The notes beneath the pieces are model-generated. The model ran no database searches. It was not told the origin of the DNA and saw nothing but the letters and a program-made list of their open reading frames with translations. Shown one piece after another: positions 18,712 through 31,759 of a stretch of DNA of 64,000 nucleotides. This DNA comes from Macrostomum lignano (Eukaryota): contig NIVC01000483.1 in the NCBI GenBank assembly GCA_002269645.1, positions 1 to 64,000 on the forward strand, in the 5' to 3' direction. A program made the translations under genes and the position numbers. How positions within the stretch are numbered: position 1 is the first letter of the stretch; every line of letters starts with the position of its first letter.

Positions 18712-19781
18712 TTAGCCGATGACGACATAGAAGTCGCGAATCTCGCTCTCAGACATGGTGACGTTGCTCATGGCGATGGCCCGCACAGTTCCTTTGAACA
18801 TTCGAGCGTCATTCAGTCGCTTGCCGAATCTGAAGCAGAACTGAGGCAGCAGAGTATAGTTAGAATAAGTCGTCAGGCTGAAGGAAGCTTTCGGCAAGAA
18901 GGTGTCGTTCACGAACACTCCCCACGAGTCAGCCGCTGGAGTCGATGTGAATCCGATGTTCACCCACTCGTTGGCGTTCGAAGTCAGCGGAGCTGTCGAA
19001 GATTGATAGCGCGTGGGAGCGGCACCGGCTTCGGTTTTGATCACAAAAAGGAGTTTAGAAGCAACGTCGAACTCCCAGATACGGTGGTAGTAGGGTCCGG
19101 TTTCGAATTCAAGGCAGTTTAGAAAATCAAAGAAGATATGCACTCGCGGCTGCCGCTTCATCCTGAGCAGCACCGTGACGCCTGTGCCGAACCCGATGTC
19201 GCTCTTGTTCATGGCCAGAAACGAGCTGCTCCCATCGAACGCGGCGCCCTCCTCTGTCCACTGGACTCCGACCGGATAAATTCGGTTGGTCTCTTCGTCA
19301 GCCTGGCACACGACATTCTCAAATGCAGACATGTCGTCTCCGAGCCACACGTTTGTGAGCTTCGGGTTGAGCTGAGCCGGATATTTGATCGGAAATCGGA
19401 TGAGCACTCGGCAGTCGCTGCTCGCACCGCCAGAGACAAAGTCGCGACACACGGACTGGTAGCGGAAGAGACTGCAGCGGAGAGAGGCCGGCTCGAACTG
19501 GGCCACAATGATTCCGACTATATGCTTGTTGGACGCGATCACAGAGCAGTGCACATCGCTTCTCGCCTGCGCTCGGTAAATCGCGGCGGCCTCGGACAGG
19601 CACTGCACCTGCACCTGAGTCCAGGTGTCTCCGGACCTGCACTGGCAGGCAGGTATCAGAGCCATCAGCTCAAGCGCCGCCAACAGTATCCACGAAACTA
19701 AAAGAGCACAATATATTATGTTATGCCTTTCAATATTTATTGATTAAAATCAACTTGTATTTAATCGTTCTTACCTTGCAT
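18712..19781 (-). CDS. LamG-family copy C (intact)
   Basis: Mini exon ATGCAAG (19781-19775), 77-nt intron, exon 19697-18712: MQVSWILLAALELMALIPACQC...; same architecture as copy B. Confidence 0.8.
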
Positions 19782-20829
19782 TTTAGGCGTGGAGGAGTGA
19801 AGTTATCAGCAGTTTTTGACAGATACGTCTCTCAAATTCAGTGCTGCTAACTGGCTGTAAGTAAGGAAGGCTTTTAATACTCGTATTTTTTCGTTTCTTG
19901 GATGGGCTGGCTGATTAGCCATTCTGCTAACAATGGAACCCAAGCCAGGACATACAATGCGTGTGCGTGTAGCAGCTGTCTGCATCCCAAGCAGCTGTCA
20001 GTCTCCCAACCCTTGGCAATTTCTGTAGTGAGTAGCATGCTTCGGTAGCATGCATACAGTAGCAGCTGTGTGTAAATTTCGGTACAGAAAACGTCTCATT
20101 TTTTGTACTGCAATTGTATTGTATTCTGTCGATTGAATTTTCCACAGTACGGATGTGGAAGCGAGACAGAGGAAAATTCCCCTTATTAGGAACAGTGGAT
20201 GATGAGGAATTAGTTCAAACGGGCCCTGCAGAAGACGCCTGAGTGTCTCATTCTTGCTAGTTGTTTAACTTTGATGAGTGACGCAGCGCTGGAAGCTATT
20301 TCGTAATAGTACATGTAGCCCATTACAGATTTTAGCTGAACCATGATTACCCCTAAAATTGGAATGCTATTCAATAGCTACTCTTAGAAGAGTCGTGTAG
20401 ACGAAGGGTACAACTAATTTTCTAAAACGAAAACCTAAACCATGAAACTACCTTGATAGTTAATGCAATCGTCTTTCTGAACCTGCAGTCATTAGAAATT
20501 TAAAGAACTACTTCCTAAACTTATCCAATAATCGCGATATTCATCATTATTCGATCGTATGATTAAGACCTAATATCTCGTGCTATCGAGTGCAGATCGA
20601 GTGCGGTGGTCCGCACTATCTCTCGAGCTGGGAAGATGCATCATCAAGTCCAGGAACAAGCAGAATGAAAGCATTCAAAAAGCAGCAAAACTCTGAACAG
20701 CACGTGGACGCAAATGAAACCGCAGTTCAAGCAAGCAGAATACGACAAAAAGCTACTCCCAGTTCAATCAAAATTTTCAGATTACAGCAATACAGCAAAA
20801 CGGCAAAGCAGCTGATTTCCAGTGTCATG

Positions 20830-21475
20830 GTGCCCTATCATGGCACGAGCTGGGCTGTGCTAACTGTGCTGTGCTGGCCTGTCGGATTTCTTTGAGACAT
20901 CCTCCGGGCTGCTCCAGGGAGAAGCGCTGGTGCCGTTTCTGTTCGTCCTTGACTGGGTGCTGCTGACCGCTCTTCCTTCTGACGACGATGGCTTCCTGCT
21001 GCAGCGACACGTGGGTCGACGCCAACAGGAGAGGTGGCTCAGCGTGCTTGGCTACTCCGACGATCTCGCCACGCTGTCCTCGACCGTCGAGGGCGTCCAG
21101 CGCCAGCTGGTAAGCGTTGTGGCCAGCATCGGCCTGGTGGTCAACACGCAGAAAACCGTCATGCTCTGAGTGCCGGGCGAGACCTGGACGCTGAGGGAAT
21201 CGCTCGAACAGCAGGTCGATGCGGCGCACGCTGGCCTGCTGCGCGCCGCCGCCAAGATCGGCTACGAGCGCCAATGCGGCACTCTATCGTCGCACCGGCC
21301 TGTTCCGTCCCAACTAACTGTTGCACCGTCGGCGACTCCAGCTGGCAGGCCATTTCATCCGAGCCAAGTCGTACTGCTCGCAGCCGGTGCAGGAGGTGCT
21401 GCTGCTGACGCTGCAGGCACCCTACCGGCGGGGACAGGCGCGCACTCGGCGTTTCGTCTACCGCCTGGGGCTTTG
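20830..21475 (+). mobile_element. 5'-truncated, frameshifted non-LTR retrotransposon (RTE-like) RT fragment
   Basis: DFFETSSGLLQGEALVPFLF...LGYSDDLATL...GLVVNTQKTVML (RT motifs QG..L.P.LF and YxDD), then GHFIR...RRG. Confidence 0.8.
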
Positions 21476-21844
21476 TGAAATCGGAAATACTATTTTTTTT
21501 TATCAGCGTGGCCCTGCTATGTTTAAGAAACTTCAATGCTCCAAAGAGAGTGATCGTAAACCTCTAGATTTAAAAAACCTTTGATCAATTCTGGAAGCTT
21601 GATATTTAAAGAATTTGTAGTGAAATTTATACAGGTAGGACACGAATTCATTACTCTGTTTCAGTCTCAGATTTATTTTAAAAATACGAATTCACTTCCA
21701 GTTTGTATTCCGCTTGTCGCTCTGGCGCTGATGGCTTTATTCTTATATTGGACGCCTTTAGCGTCTGTTTTCAACGCAAATTCTCGTACAATTGTGGCTC
21801 AGGTGCATCAGACAGGTGCTGATAGATGTACTTATCAATCCACC

Positions 21845-22115
21845 AGGTGGATAAAGTAGCATTTTACCTGTTTGATAGGGACACTCACCTGGTGGATAGA
21901 GTAGCATTTTACCTGTTTGATAGGGACACTCACCTGGTGGATAGAGTAGCATTTTACCTGTTTGATAGGGACACTCATCTGGTGGATAGAGTAGCATTTT
22001 ACCTGTTTGATAGGGACACTCACCTGGTGGATAGAGTAGCATTTTACCTGTTTGATAGGGACACTCACCTGGTGGATAGAGTAGCATTTTACCTGTTAGA
22101 CAAGGACAGTCACCT
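21845..22115. repeat. 45-bp minisatellite, ~6 copies
   Basis: Unit GGTGGATAGAGTAGCATTTTACCTGTTTGATAGGGACACTCACCT. Confidence 0.9.
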
Positions 22116-23999
22116 GTTGAACAGAGCACCTTTTAAACTTGTGAGGCCGTGCATGATGCAGTTGTTCATTTTTATGGGCATATTTTTAACGACTAGTTCA
22201 GTGAACTTGTGCACTTGCAATATATATACTTATTTTGTCCACTTTTTATTTCGCTTTGGAAGGTTTCAAAACCCACCTGCATGTTTTTTTTTATTTTTGG
22301 TTTTTTTAGCCACCTGCCAGCAGCTCTGAAAGTTCTGTGAATAATATTTATGGACATTCAGAACACACCGTTCTACACACACATACAGGTTTGTGACAGA
22401 CTGGGTTGATTCAAGTTAGCTACTGGGTTTACATGTACATCGAGTTGTAAAAAATGCATTGGTATTTGGTTTAAAATGCTCAGATATATAAAACAGAGAT
22501 GCTTTCGCAAAACTTTAAACTGGAGGACTCTCTGAAAACAAAATATTGAGCACTAAATTTATCTAGGCCTCGACCTAATCTACCTGTTTTGATCCCACCG
22601 ATAGCTCGAGATCCGTTACAGGCGTTACATCGAGTTTTTATTTTTTGTTCAAGCTAATAAAATAGATTGTGGAGTTCGTAGATAAAGTTGAATAACATTT
22701 TTAATGCCAGGATTTTGATTTAAAAGAACCAGAATAAACCTTATGGGATCGAAGCAAAGGTAAAAAGCAGAATATCGTTGACTTGAACAAAAAGGTTTTT
22801 ATTTCAACAGGTTCAATTATAAGTAGGAGCGAAATGTTATTATTTGTTATTAATAAACGGACAGGAATTGACTGCAAAACGTTACGATATTACATAGAAT
22901 TTGCTCGGAAGTTTATCAACTTTCCCTAATGGAAGCAGATACATTCGAGCTAATCGCCTCAAGTGAATCCGGTAGCCAAAGTCTCAAAAGGAAGCGTTAA
23001 TTTGAAACTGAATCATTTTGTCACTCGTAGAAATTGCGTGTACCGGATAGAAAAGCCGTACAAAGCCCCCTACAGCTCGTAAGTCAAGTCAGTATTGACG
23101 TCTCACCACGGCAGTCCCAAGCTCATAACAACCCTTTTTTCGCTACTCATTATTTCGTCATCGTTCATTCGTTGGACGGCCGTCAGAAAATCTGCTGGAA
23201 CCTTCTCCGGAAATAAAGCTGTTGGAATTTCATATTTTCCGTCTGCCACAAGCGGCCCTTTCTTTTCCATGTCATTCTGGTCTATCGGTTTAAAAGCACA
23301 TTTGTGACAAAGCTTGTGAAGCTCAAGACAACAAAAAACAATTAAATTAACCGGGAGCACCCGCTGCAGTCGCAGGGACGGGAACATCAGATGCATGAGT
23401 GGCCGAGACGGAGACATTCACCGCAGTCACTGTGCTGATCTCCGGACTCTGGGCGTATTTCTCTTTTTCCTCTTTATTTTTGTTGGCCTGAAATATGTGA
23501 TTTTGTGGAATTACAAACAGTCAGCGCCAAGTAAATAGACATATTTAACCTCGATCAGGATCGCGCTACACATGCCTGACTGCCGGACAACATCGAGGCT
23601 GCAGATTTCAGATACGACACACACACAAACCTGCACGCAGTTTAGATTTCACTACCACAGTTTTCGAAAGTATTGTATATAATTAATTCTTACCTGATTT
23701 GTTCCACAATATATGGTTTGTCGTACGAGCGTAGACCTACTGCACTTTGGAAGCAATTTGTGCAGCAATTTTTCGCGCATGTTTCTCTTGCGGCTCCATT
23801 GCTTCTTAATTTCTATAATTTTTTAGGTAACAGATCTTTAAATTTTCAAATGAAATTTTACAAGAATGGGGGAAAGTTTTCCAGAATTTTACTATTAAAG
23901 GAACTCACTGTTTAAAGCCTTCCCAATGCACGAGATTGTCAGACTCAGGAAGAGCCATTGATCTGAAACATTGAACCATTTCACAATGCCCAAAATATT

Positions 24000-26900
24000 G
24001 TGCCACCTTTGGCTTGCAGTGACGTTCTGTTTTTGGAGGGCATTCTAATGCAGTCTGCATGTGATTCTAAAGAGTTCATGTGCCAACAAACTCTTAACAG
24101 TACTTTTAACTGCCTTGCCTTTGGCCCTCCTTTCAATACGGAAGCGGGATCTTCAAGTTGCCTCTCCTGATAACTGGGTTTTCTTCAGCACGGATGTAGG
24201 AGCGAGACGATAAAAATTCACCTCGTTAGCAACAATGGATAATGAGGAATGACATCAAACAGGCTCTGCAGAAAACGCATGATGCAGCACTGCAAGCTAT
24301 TCCGTATTAACAGCAGGAATACCAAGCCATTTTTCCGCCCGTCGAACTACCAAGAGGGGGGAAATTCCACCCCCCCTGACAATATTTTTTTGCTGCGCCG
24401 GAACGGAGCAACGCAGGCACCCGAAATTCAAGAGCACGGGCCAACTTTTTGTTGCGCACCTTCTCAAACAAGAATCAAGTCGCCAGCCCTCCGGACCGTC
24501 GAGATATTCGACGATTCTGCTAGAAGGTCAAAGTGTACTGCTGTATTCAGTACACCCCTGTGCGCCAATCAGCACTGCGCCTCAGTGCAGCCTTGCCAAG
24601 TCTCCAAAATTCATCACAAAAAAATTTGAAAAATATTTGAAAAATATTGTCTTATTTTCATTTCTATTCCAGCCAGAAGGAGCACGAAAGTTTTCCGGCC
24701 ACGAATTTGTTGTGCATGTCATCAGAAAATTGAAGGATATTTGAGGATAATGAAAAAACTTTGTCATTGTTCTAGGATTTCTTGCGAATGTACAGTAGTA
24801 GCTGTCACGCTTTTGCGCTAATTTTCCTTTCTTTTTTATTGTAATACTAGTAGTCAGCTTTACCTGATCCTGAATTTCATTTGCGTGCCGGGTAAATTCA
24901 ATCGGTTTTTTCATTTTTAAAAGCATAACCCTTTTTGCATAAAAATTGGGTTCAATATTATAGTTGAATAAACTAAACAGCTTGTCAAATAAAATATGTA
25001 TGTAGCTCGTATGTATAAAAGTGTGTGAAATAATAATATAAATATACAGCAACATGAGTTCAAGCTTAACTATAGCAATGTCCGTGCTTAAAAAATTTTC
25101 AGAGCTTCAGAAATGTTAAGAGCATGATGAAAAATCACGCTCAGGTGTCCTTATTCACCTGGTGCCACCTGTTGAAGGTGCCGACGGCGTCGGGGTGATG
25201 ACTGAAGGCTCAAGAGACTAGCTGAGAATGTCCGGCAGTTGAGGTTTGCCCATTATTGAAGCTTGATAAGACAAATCTGACATATTTGCAACAGGATGTC
25301 CATAGTCACCTGGTGTAATCTGTTGAAGGTGCCGACGGCGTCGAGGTGAATGCTTGAATGACTAGCTGAGGATGTCCAGCAGTTGATTTTTGCCCACTGT
25401 CGAGGCTTGATCAGCGAAACTAGAGACATTCTTATCAGGCTGTCCACAGTCACCTGGTGTAATCTGTTGAAGGAGCCGACGGCGTCGGGATGATGACGGA
25501 ATGCTTGAGAGACTAGCTGAGAATGTCTGACGGTTGATTCTTGCCCACTGTCGAGGCTTGATCGGCGAAACTAGAGAAATCCGCATCAGGGTGTCCATAG
25601 TCACCTGGTGCCACAGCTGTTGAGGGTCCAGAAGCTCCACCTGGGCGAAGGCTAGTGACCAACGAAGTCAGAACTGATGCAGACACATGTGGTCGACGTG
25701 CTGATGAAATTTGGAGACTTGGCAAGGCTGCACTGAGGAGCAGTGCTGATTGGCGCACAGGGGTGTACTGAATACACTAGCGCTTATGGCAAAAATCCGA
25801 CCTTCTGGCAGAATCGTTGAATATCTCGACGGTCCGGAGGGCTGGCGACTTGATTCTTGTTTGAGAAGGTGCGCAACAAAAAGTTGGCCTGTGCTCTTGA
25901 ATTTCTGGTGCCTGCGTTGCACAGTTCCGGCGCAGCAAAAAAAATTGTCGGGGGGGGGATTTCCCCCCTCCCCCCTCTTGGTAGTTCTACTGTTAATACA
26001 GATTGCCTATTGTAGATTTTCAGTTGAATCATGATTACCCCTAAAAATGGAATGCTACTCAATGCTCTACAGAAGAGATCTGCAAAAATCGTCGTAATGA
26101 TTCAAGGGTTTGAGCACCTGTTCGGGAATAAAATACAGACATGGAGCTAGCAGAAAAGCTGTTTTCACTCGGTTGATAAAACTAAATCGTCGACAAGGGC
26201 AATACTGGATCATTTTAACGAAATCTTTTAAGGAAATGAAGCCAGCTGTCCGAACAACTTGATTCGCAATTTAAAGTGTCCAATTGCTGGTGGGACAAAT
26301 AATTGACCAGGAATGAACTAACACTTGAAGCTTTATTTAGCAACAGGCGGTCGTAAAAGTTGGCGGAGAGAGAGAAGGTTGAGTGAGAGTGACCCAGGCA
26401 AGGCAGTTATAGCTCGTATTTAAAGTAATAAAAACTGGACCTCTTCGTGCGCCACGCGCACAGAGAGGCCTAAATTATCGATCGTGAAACTACGAGTATA
26501 ATACGTTCTAAGTACGCACAAAACAGGCACAGTTAAAACGGCCCAATTGAGGGGCCACCAACGCAAAATTAAACATAGAGAAACTAGGAAAAAGAATAAT
26601 TATTGTCAATTTATGTGGATAAATCTGACAGAAAGGAAGAAATCAATGAACCTTCAAAATGTTCATCGGAACGGGCGTCACGGCTAGTAGTATTTCCAAA
26701 AGAAACTTACGACAGGAGTGCCGAACATCCGAGAAATATTACGGATCATAAAACGCATTTTAGATGCTTCTAAATCCGCAGTTGGGCGTTGCGCTTGCCA
26801 ATTTTAACTTCGAACTGAATGATCTTATCAATTGACAGCCATTCAAGGCTAAGCAGTTCAAGTGAAAGTGAAGTGAAAGGTGAAAAGCTTCAAAGGAAAT

Positions 26901-27990
26901 GGCCGATTAACGCCTTTTAAGTCAAGTCGTGACAGAAGACATTTTTTACGGTATTTCAAAGGACCAGATCGGAGAAGATTTAAAGGATGACTCAGAGTTC
27001 AGCAGCGCTGAGTCCAATTAAAAGTGGAATTCAGAACAAGTCTAAGATCTACCATAGTGTGCGAAATAATGAATAAAATTCTAATGTATCCGACACATTG
27101 ATCGTTTTGTAACTTCAGAATTCGAGAGCAAATGTGCAACGAAAAGCGCATGAAGGACGTATGAAATGATTTTTCAGAAATTGGTTTCATCGTGAGGGAG
27201 TTGTGCCAGATCATCCCGAGGGATCTGCCCAAGACAGCATGGAAGCTTGTCAGTGCAGATGTCACAAGTCTATTGTCATCGGGAAGTCTCTGCTAGTGAT
27301 TGGCAATTACTATTTTCACTATCCTGTTGTGTACATACGAGCTGACTTCAGAATTCATATGCAGCTTCGGTGATAGGTAAAATGAGGGAGTTCAACATAT
27401 ATGAAGCAACTGGTGAATTCGTGTCGGACAGCGGCACTTCACTGAGTTGAACAATCTTATGCGAGAGATTAATTGTGTGGATGCTCATCAGCCAGTTTTA
27501 TTCCTCGTTGGTGCAGCAAAGAAGTCTTGGATCTCGCGTGGCTGTTGGCCATACATCTGCTGCACCTGGCGATAGCCGTGACGACTCTGCTGAAGCGCTG
27601 TATGAGTTCTGGCTGTGCAAATCCGATGCCTCATTTCGGATTTAAAAGTTTCGAATTTGGGGAGAATCAGGGCAGCGAATTTCACTAAAGTTATCTCCAA
27701 AAACTTGGAGAAGTCTCTCAAAGACTGATCCACTAATTGTCGTGGATGCTTCATCCATATTGAAGATGCTGAAATGCCGCCTCTTTAGTCTATAAAACAC
27801 ATATAGCTCAGGACTCGCACGACATCGGAAAGCTTCGTAGCCCAAGGCAACCATTCAAGAAACGCGCACTGTATCTTTCAGGCCATGATTCACATGCTAG
27901 TGCTGCTCATCCTGAGCTTACCGATTGTCTGCCAGTGATTGTCTACCGTATACATGCACGTCTGTCATCGCTAGATGTTGGGTCGAAACG
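24000..27990 (+). mobile_element. Decayed Ty3/Gypsy element, copy 2 (interrupted by a TIR element)
   Basis: 27200-27600 translates with breaks to PRDLPKTAWKLVSAD..LLVIGNYYF..VSDSGT..ELNNLMREINCV (integrase core, SDNG-like). 24180-24310 + 25997-26080 rejoin to match 20140-20400; 26300-26620 is duplicated at 28540-29095. Confidence 0.55.
24311..25992. mobile_element. Non-autonomous DNA transposon with ~290-bp terminal inverted repeats, flanked by TTAA
   Basis: 24343-24615 is the reverse complement of 25700-25990; TTAA at 24307-24310 and 25993-25996; flanks rejoin to match the uninterrupted homolog near 20300; internal ~170-bp repeats; no transposase ORF. Confidence 0.8.
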
Positions 27991-28121
27991 AAGGGAGGCG
28001 CAAAATTAAGGATTGGCCCCGGACAAACTAATCTTCCGAAAAATGAGTTCCAAAAAAGCTAAAACACTGTAAGCTAAAAAATTACAGAGTAGAAAAAGCA
28101 AAATGAAAATTTCCTATCACT

Positions 28122-28305
28122 TGGGTCCGTAGCCCAGCGGTCTAGCGCAGGCTCTGGTGTGCCAGCGGCCCAGGCTCGATTCCAAGTGCAGTCACATTAA
28201 TTTGGGGCTGAATTGGAATCTCAGCTTGGCTCTGCTCGTGCAATTAACGACCTTGAGAGCCAACCCCCCAAGGCGCAGTGTACATGCCTAACCATAAAAT
28301 AAAGT
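28122..28305 (+). mobile_element. tRNA-derived SINE (second family)
   Basis: A-box TAGCCCAGCGG, B-box GGCTCGATTCC, non-tRNA body ending in an A-rich tail (CATAAAATAAA). Confidence 0.6.
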
Positions 28306-28739
28306 TAGGGCCGCTGTACACTCCTGTGTGAGTGTGTGCCTGCGTACGTATCCGCGCGCTTGTGTGCCTGCTCAGGGGAGTCGGCGGAATGGGCAGTAAT
28401 GCCTCTCGCCGGTTGTGTGCCTATGTCGCTTAAAGTGCGCGCGCCAGGGTGCACACAACCCCCTGCCTCTAATAAAAAAAATAATAAAATTTCTATCACT
28501 TGCCCAAGCCCGATTCTCGAATGGAATGCAGGTAGAAACCCAGGATTGATTATTGTCCAATTGCTCGTGGGACAAATAGCGAAGACGGAATGACTAACAC
28601 TTAAGAAGCTATATTTAGCAACAGGCGGTCGTAAAGTCGGCGGTGAGAGAGAGAGAGATAAGAGAGAAAGAAAGTGAAAGTAATAAACTGAGTCGAGGGC
28701 CAGACTATATATTTGAAGTAATAAACTGGCGCGGAGAGG

Positions 28740-28928
28740 CAGGGGCGTAGCCAGGAATTTTGATTGGGGGGGCCGTGAGTTAGGGGGCGCCAGTTTCTTT
28801 TAGGGGGGGGGGGCGCCAGTTTCTTATAGGGGGGCGCCAGTTTCTTTTCGGGGGGGGGGCGCCAAGGCCAGAGTTGGTGATTGGGGGGGGCCACGGCCCC
28901 CCTTGCCCCCCCTCTGGCTACGCCCCTG
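28740..28928. mobile_element. hAT-type MITE (same TIR family as 2687-3016)
   Basis: TIR CAGGGGCGTAGCCAG; 8-bp TSD CGGAGAGG (28732-28739, 28929-28936); homologous empty site at 26461-26468. Confidence 0.9.
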
Positions 28929-29098
28929 CGGAGAGGCCTAAATTATCGATCGTGCAAATATTATATATGCTCTAAATAGATCGTGCACACAACAGGAAAG
29001 TAAAACGGCCCAATTGGGTTAACTAAACGCAAAAATACATAGAGTAAGTAGGAATTGATACGGTTTTTGTCAGTTTATGTGGATAAATCTAACAATTA

Positions 29099-29555
29099 TA
29101 CTCAGCAACAGCTAAACCCCCCCCCCCAACTCACGCTGTCACACGGGCACAAAAGTTAAGCAATGTCTTTAATTCTAGTCTCAGTATCGTGTGTAGGAAC
29201 CACGAGCATGCAAAAGTGCCGTGACTCGTCGTGGCATCCTGATCACCAGCCGGTTGATGAACTCTTGGGGCAGCTGCTGCCAGGCATTCAGCACCGCCAG
29301 TCGCAACTGTTCAGCATTCTGTGGGGCATCCTGCTGAACTCTTCGCTTTACAAAGTCCCAGACATGCTCGATGGGGTTCATGTCTGGAGACCCTCCCCAA
29401 ATCCCCCATGCCGCACTTTGCGCTCGCGTCTGGCGGCGGCAGCCTTCACACATTTCTGAGTCACCGATGGCATACAAAACTTTTAGGCCGTGTGACAGCG
29501 TGAGTGGAGGGGGTTTAGCCACAGAATATTCTGTGGTTTTAGCTGTTGCTGAGTA
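29099..29555 (-). mobile_element. Internally deleted Tc1/mariner element with transposase C-terminus
   Basis: TIRs TACTCAGCAACAGCTAAA with TA TSD; ORF 29181-29522 has SPDMNPIEHVW...NAWQQLPQEFINRLVIRMPRRVTALLHARGSYTRY (Tc1 DDE tail). Confidence 0.9.
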
Positions 29556-30059
29556 TATACTTCATTTTAATCTCGACGCATGAAAACTTGTGCGAGCTCA
29601 AAGCCTTAAAGTTTTCTACACTGCATGCTTTTATGTTTTTTAAAAGATAGTCAACAATAGCCCTGGCCATTCCATTTGCATTCTCTGCTTCATCAGAATT
29701 GGGAAACCTTTATCGGTAACTGCAAGACACCCAATCATTCGCCAGCAGCTAGCGTGGGCATGTTTAGGAAGGAAGAAGGCTGGCAAATATTCCATATGCA
29801 TTAACAAAACTTGTAAATGGATCGAAATATTGGCGTTGCTAGGAACAATGCCTAGCAGGAAGCTACGATTAAAAGCTTTGTGAGCAGAGCAAACTCAACA
29901 GACATCAGCGGTGCATTTCGGAATCTGAGAGGCTAGGCTTGAAAGACGAAGCGGAGAGCTCAGCATATCGGATTGAAGGCTAAATTTGAATCTACAACAG
30001 CTAAAATACTATTGCCTACGTAGCTGATTTAGTGTATTACCCAGTTTGACTTTCAAGCA

Positions 30060-31043
30060 ATGATTCTCAAGATACTGCTGCTCACCTTGAGCCTGCAGGC
30101 AGCTGTGTGTCAGTGCAGGTCCGGAGACACCTGGACTCAGGTGCAGGTGCACTGCCTGTCCGATGCTGCCGCATTCCGCATCTCCAAGGCGGTCTCGGAG
30201 CGGCACTGCAGCATGCAGGCGACCGATGCCTTTCCATCCGGCATTCTCGTTGCCCAGTTCGAGCCGGCCTCTCTCCGCTGCAGTCTCTTCCGCTACCAGT
30301 CCGTGTGTCGCGACTACAGAAGCTCTGCTGGCGGTGCGAGCAGCGACTGCCGAGTGCTCATCCGATTTCCGATCAAATATCCGGCTCAGCTCAATCCGAA
30401 GCTCACAAACGTGTGGCTCGGAGACGACATGTCTGCATTTGAGAATGTCGTGTGCCAGGCTGACGAAGAGACCAACCGAATTTATCCGGTCGGAGTCCAG
30501 TGGACAGAGGAGGGCGCTGCGTTCGATGGGAGCAGCTCGTTTCTGGCCATGAACAAGAGCGACATCGGGTTCGGCACAGGCGTCACGGTGCTGCTCAGGA
30601 TGAAGCGGCAGCCGCAGGTGCAGCCGCTGTTTGAATTCTTAGACTGCGCCAACTTTGCCACAGGACCTTTGTACCACCACATCTGGGAGTTTTCCTCAGT
30701 GTCAAGGTTCTATGTGGTCTTCTACGATACTAATTCAGTACGTAACAGAATCATGTCGTCAGCCCTTCTTACCGCGAACGCCAGCGAGTGGATTGACCTC
30801 GGATTCACGTCGACACCGACAACGGACTCTTATGGAATGTTTGTGAACGCCTCCTTCTTGCCGATGTCTGCCATCAATTTTCAAACTTTAACTGCTTCTA
30901 TTTCGGTGTCAAAGTTTTGCTTTCGGTTCGGCAAGCGGTACAATCATGCCACCCTGTTCAAGGGCTCGGTCAAGGCCATCGCAATCGACAACAGCTTCAT
31001 GAACGAAACCGAGATTCGAGACTTCTTTGCCGCCCTACCGTGA
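30060..31043 (+). CDS. LamG-family copy D (intact, most divergent C-terminal half)
   Basis: 327-aa ORF; signal peptide MILKILLLTLSLQAAVCQC; alternative N-cassette (FRISKAVSERHCSMQATDAFPSG); shared central block; LamG tail FRFGKRYNHATLFKGSVKAIAI..MNETEIRDFF. Confidence 0.8.
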   Translation: MILKILLLTLSLQAAVCQCRSGDTWTQVQVHCLSDAAAFRISKAVSERHCSMQATDAFPSGILVAQFEPASLRCSLFRYQSVCRDYRSSAGGASSDCRVLIRFPIKYPAQLNPKLTNVWLGDDMSAFENVVCQADEETNRIYPVGVQWTEEGAAFDGSSSFLAMNKSDIGFGTGVTVLLRMKRQPQVQPLFEFLDCANFATGPLYHHIWEFSSVSRFYVVFYDTNSVRNRIMSSALLTANASEWIDLGFTSTPTTDSYGMFVNASFLPMSAINFQTLTASISVSKFCFRFGKRYNHATLFKGSVKAIAIDNSFMNETEIRDFFAALP

Positions 31044-31759
31044 GGAGCAGCTCAGCAACTGGTGGACTCGCTGCAGTTTAAACTGTGAACTCACGACGCT
31101 TTTTTTAGGTTTCTAAGCTTATACTGTTTTACTTCAAAATTATTATTAGGTAATCTAGGCGTCCTTTGTCATATCATATCCATATCAGATTCTGTTCGAA
31201 TGTTTATTAAGAAAGAAAGTGCTTTACTCTTACAAAGCTGTTTCTAACTCTTAATCAGAGTTATACTTTAAAATTTTATTGCGATTAGATAGCAAATTTA
31301 TTATAGAAATGTACGTAAGTATTTTAGTATTTGTCAAGATAATTTTCAACAACGTTCCATAACAATAGTCTTGCTTATTTACCAAATTTAAGAATACGAG
31401 CTATCAGATTAGGACAAAGACAATGAGAATTTGGATAGGTACAGAGAGTTACCCTAGCTTACCAAACCATGCAGATTTCTGGAAGCCGGCTCCGATTCAA
31501 ATTTGAAAATAATATCCTGATACAAACTGGAAGACCGCCGCCACTTCTTCATGAACACTGGCTTGCTAGCGCGTCGCTTATCGCATATCGCATATCGAGG
31601 TATCGCATATCTCCGTCGAAATCTATCGACACCAGCAAAATGTATCGGCCGCTCAACGCCGTCTTGGATCTGGGAGGGACTCAGCGCTGGTGTCGCTGGT
31701 GTCGCTGGTGACGATCGTGTCCGCGGTCAATCGAAGTGCACCAGGCTCGGTGGATTGAC

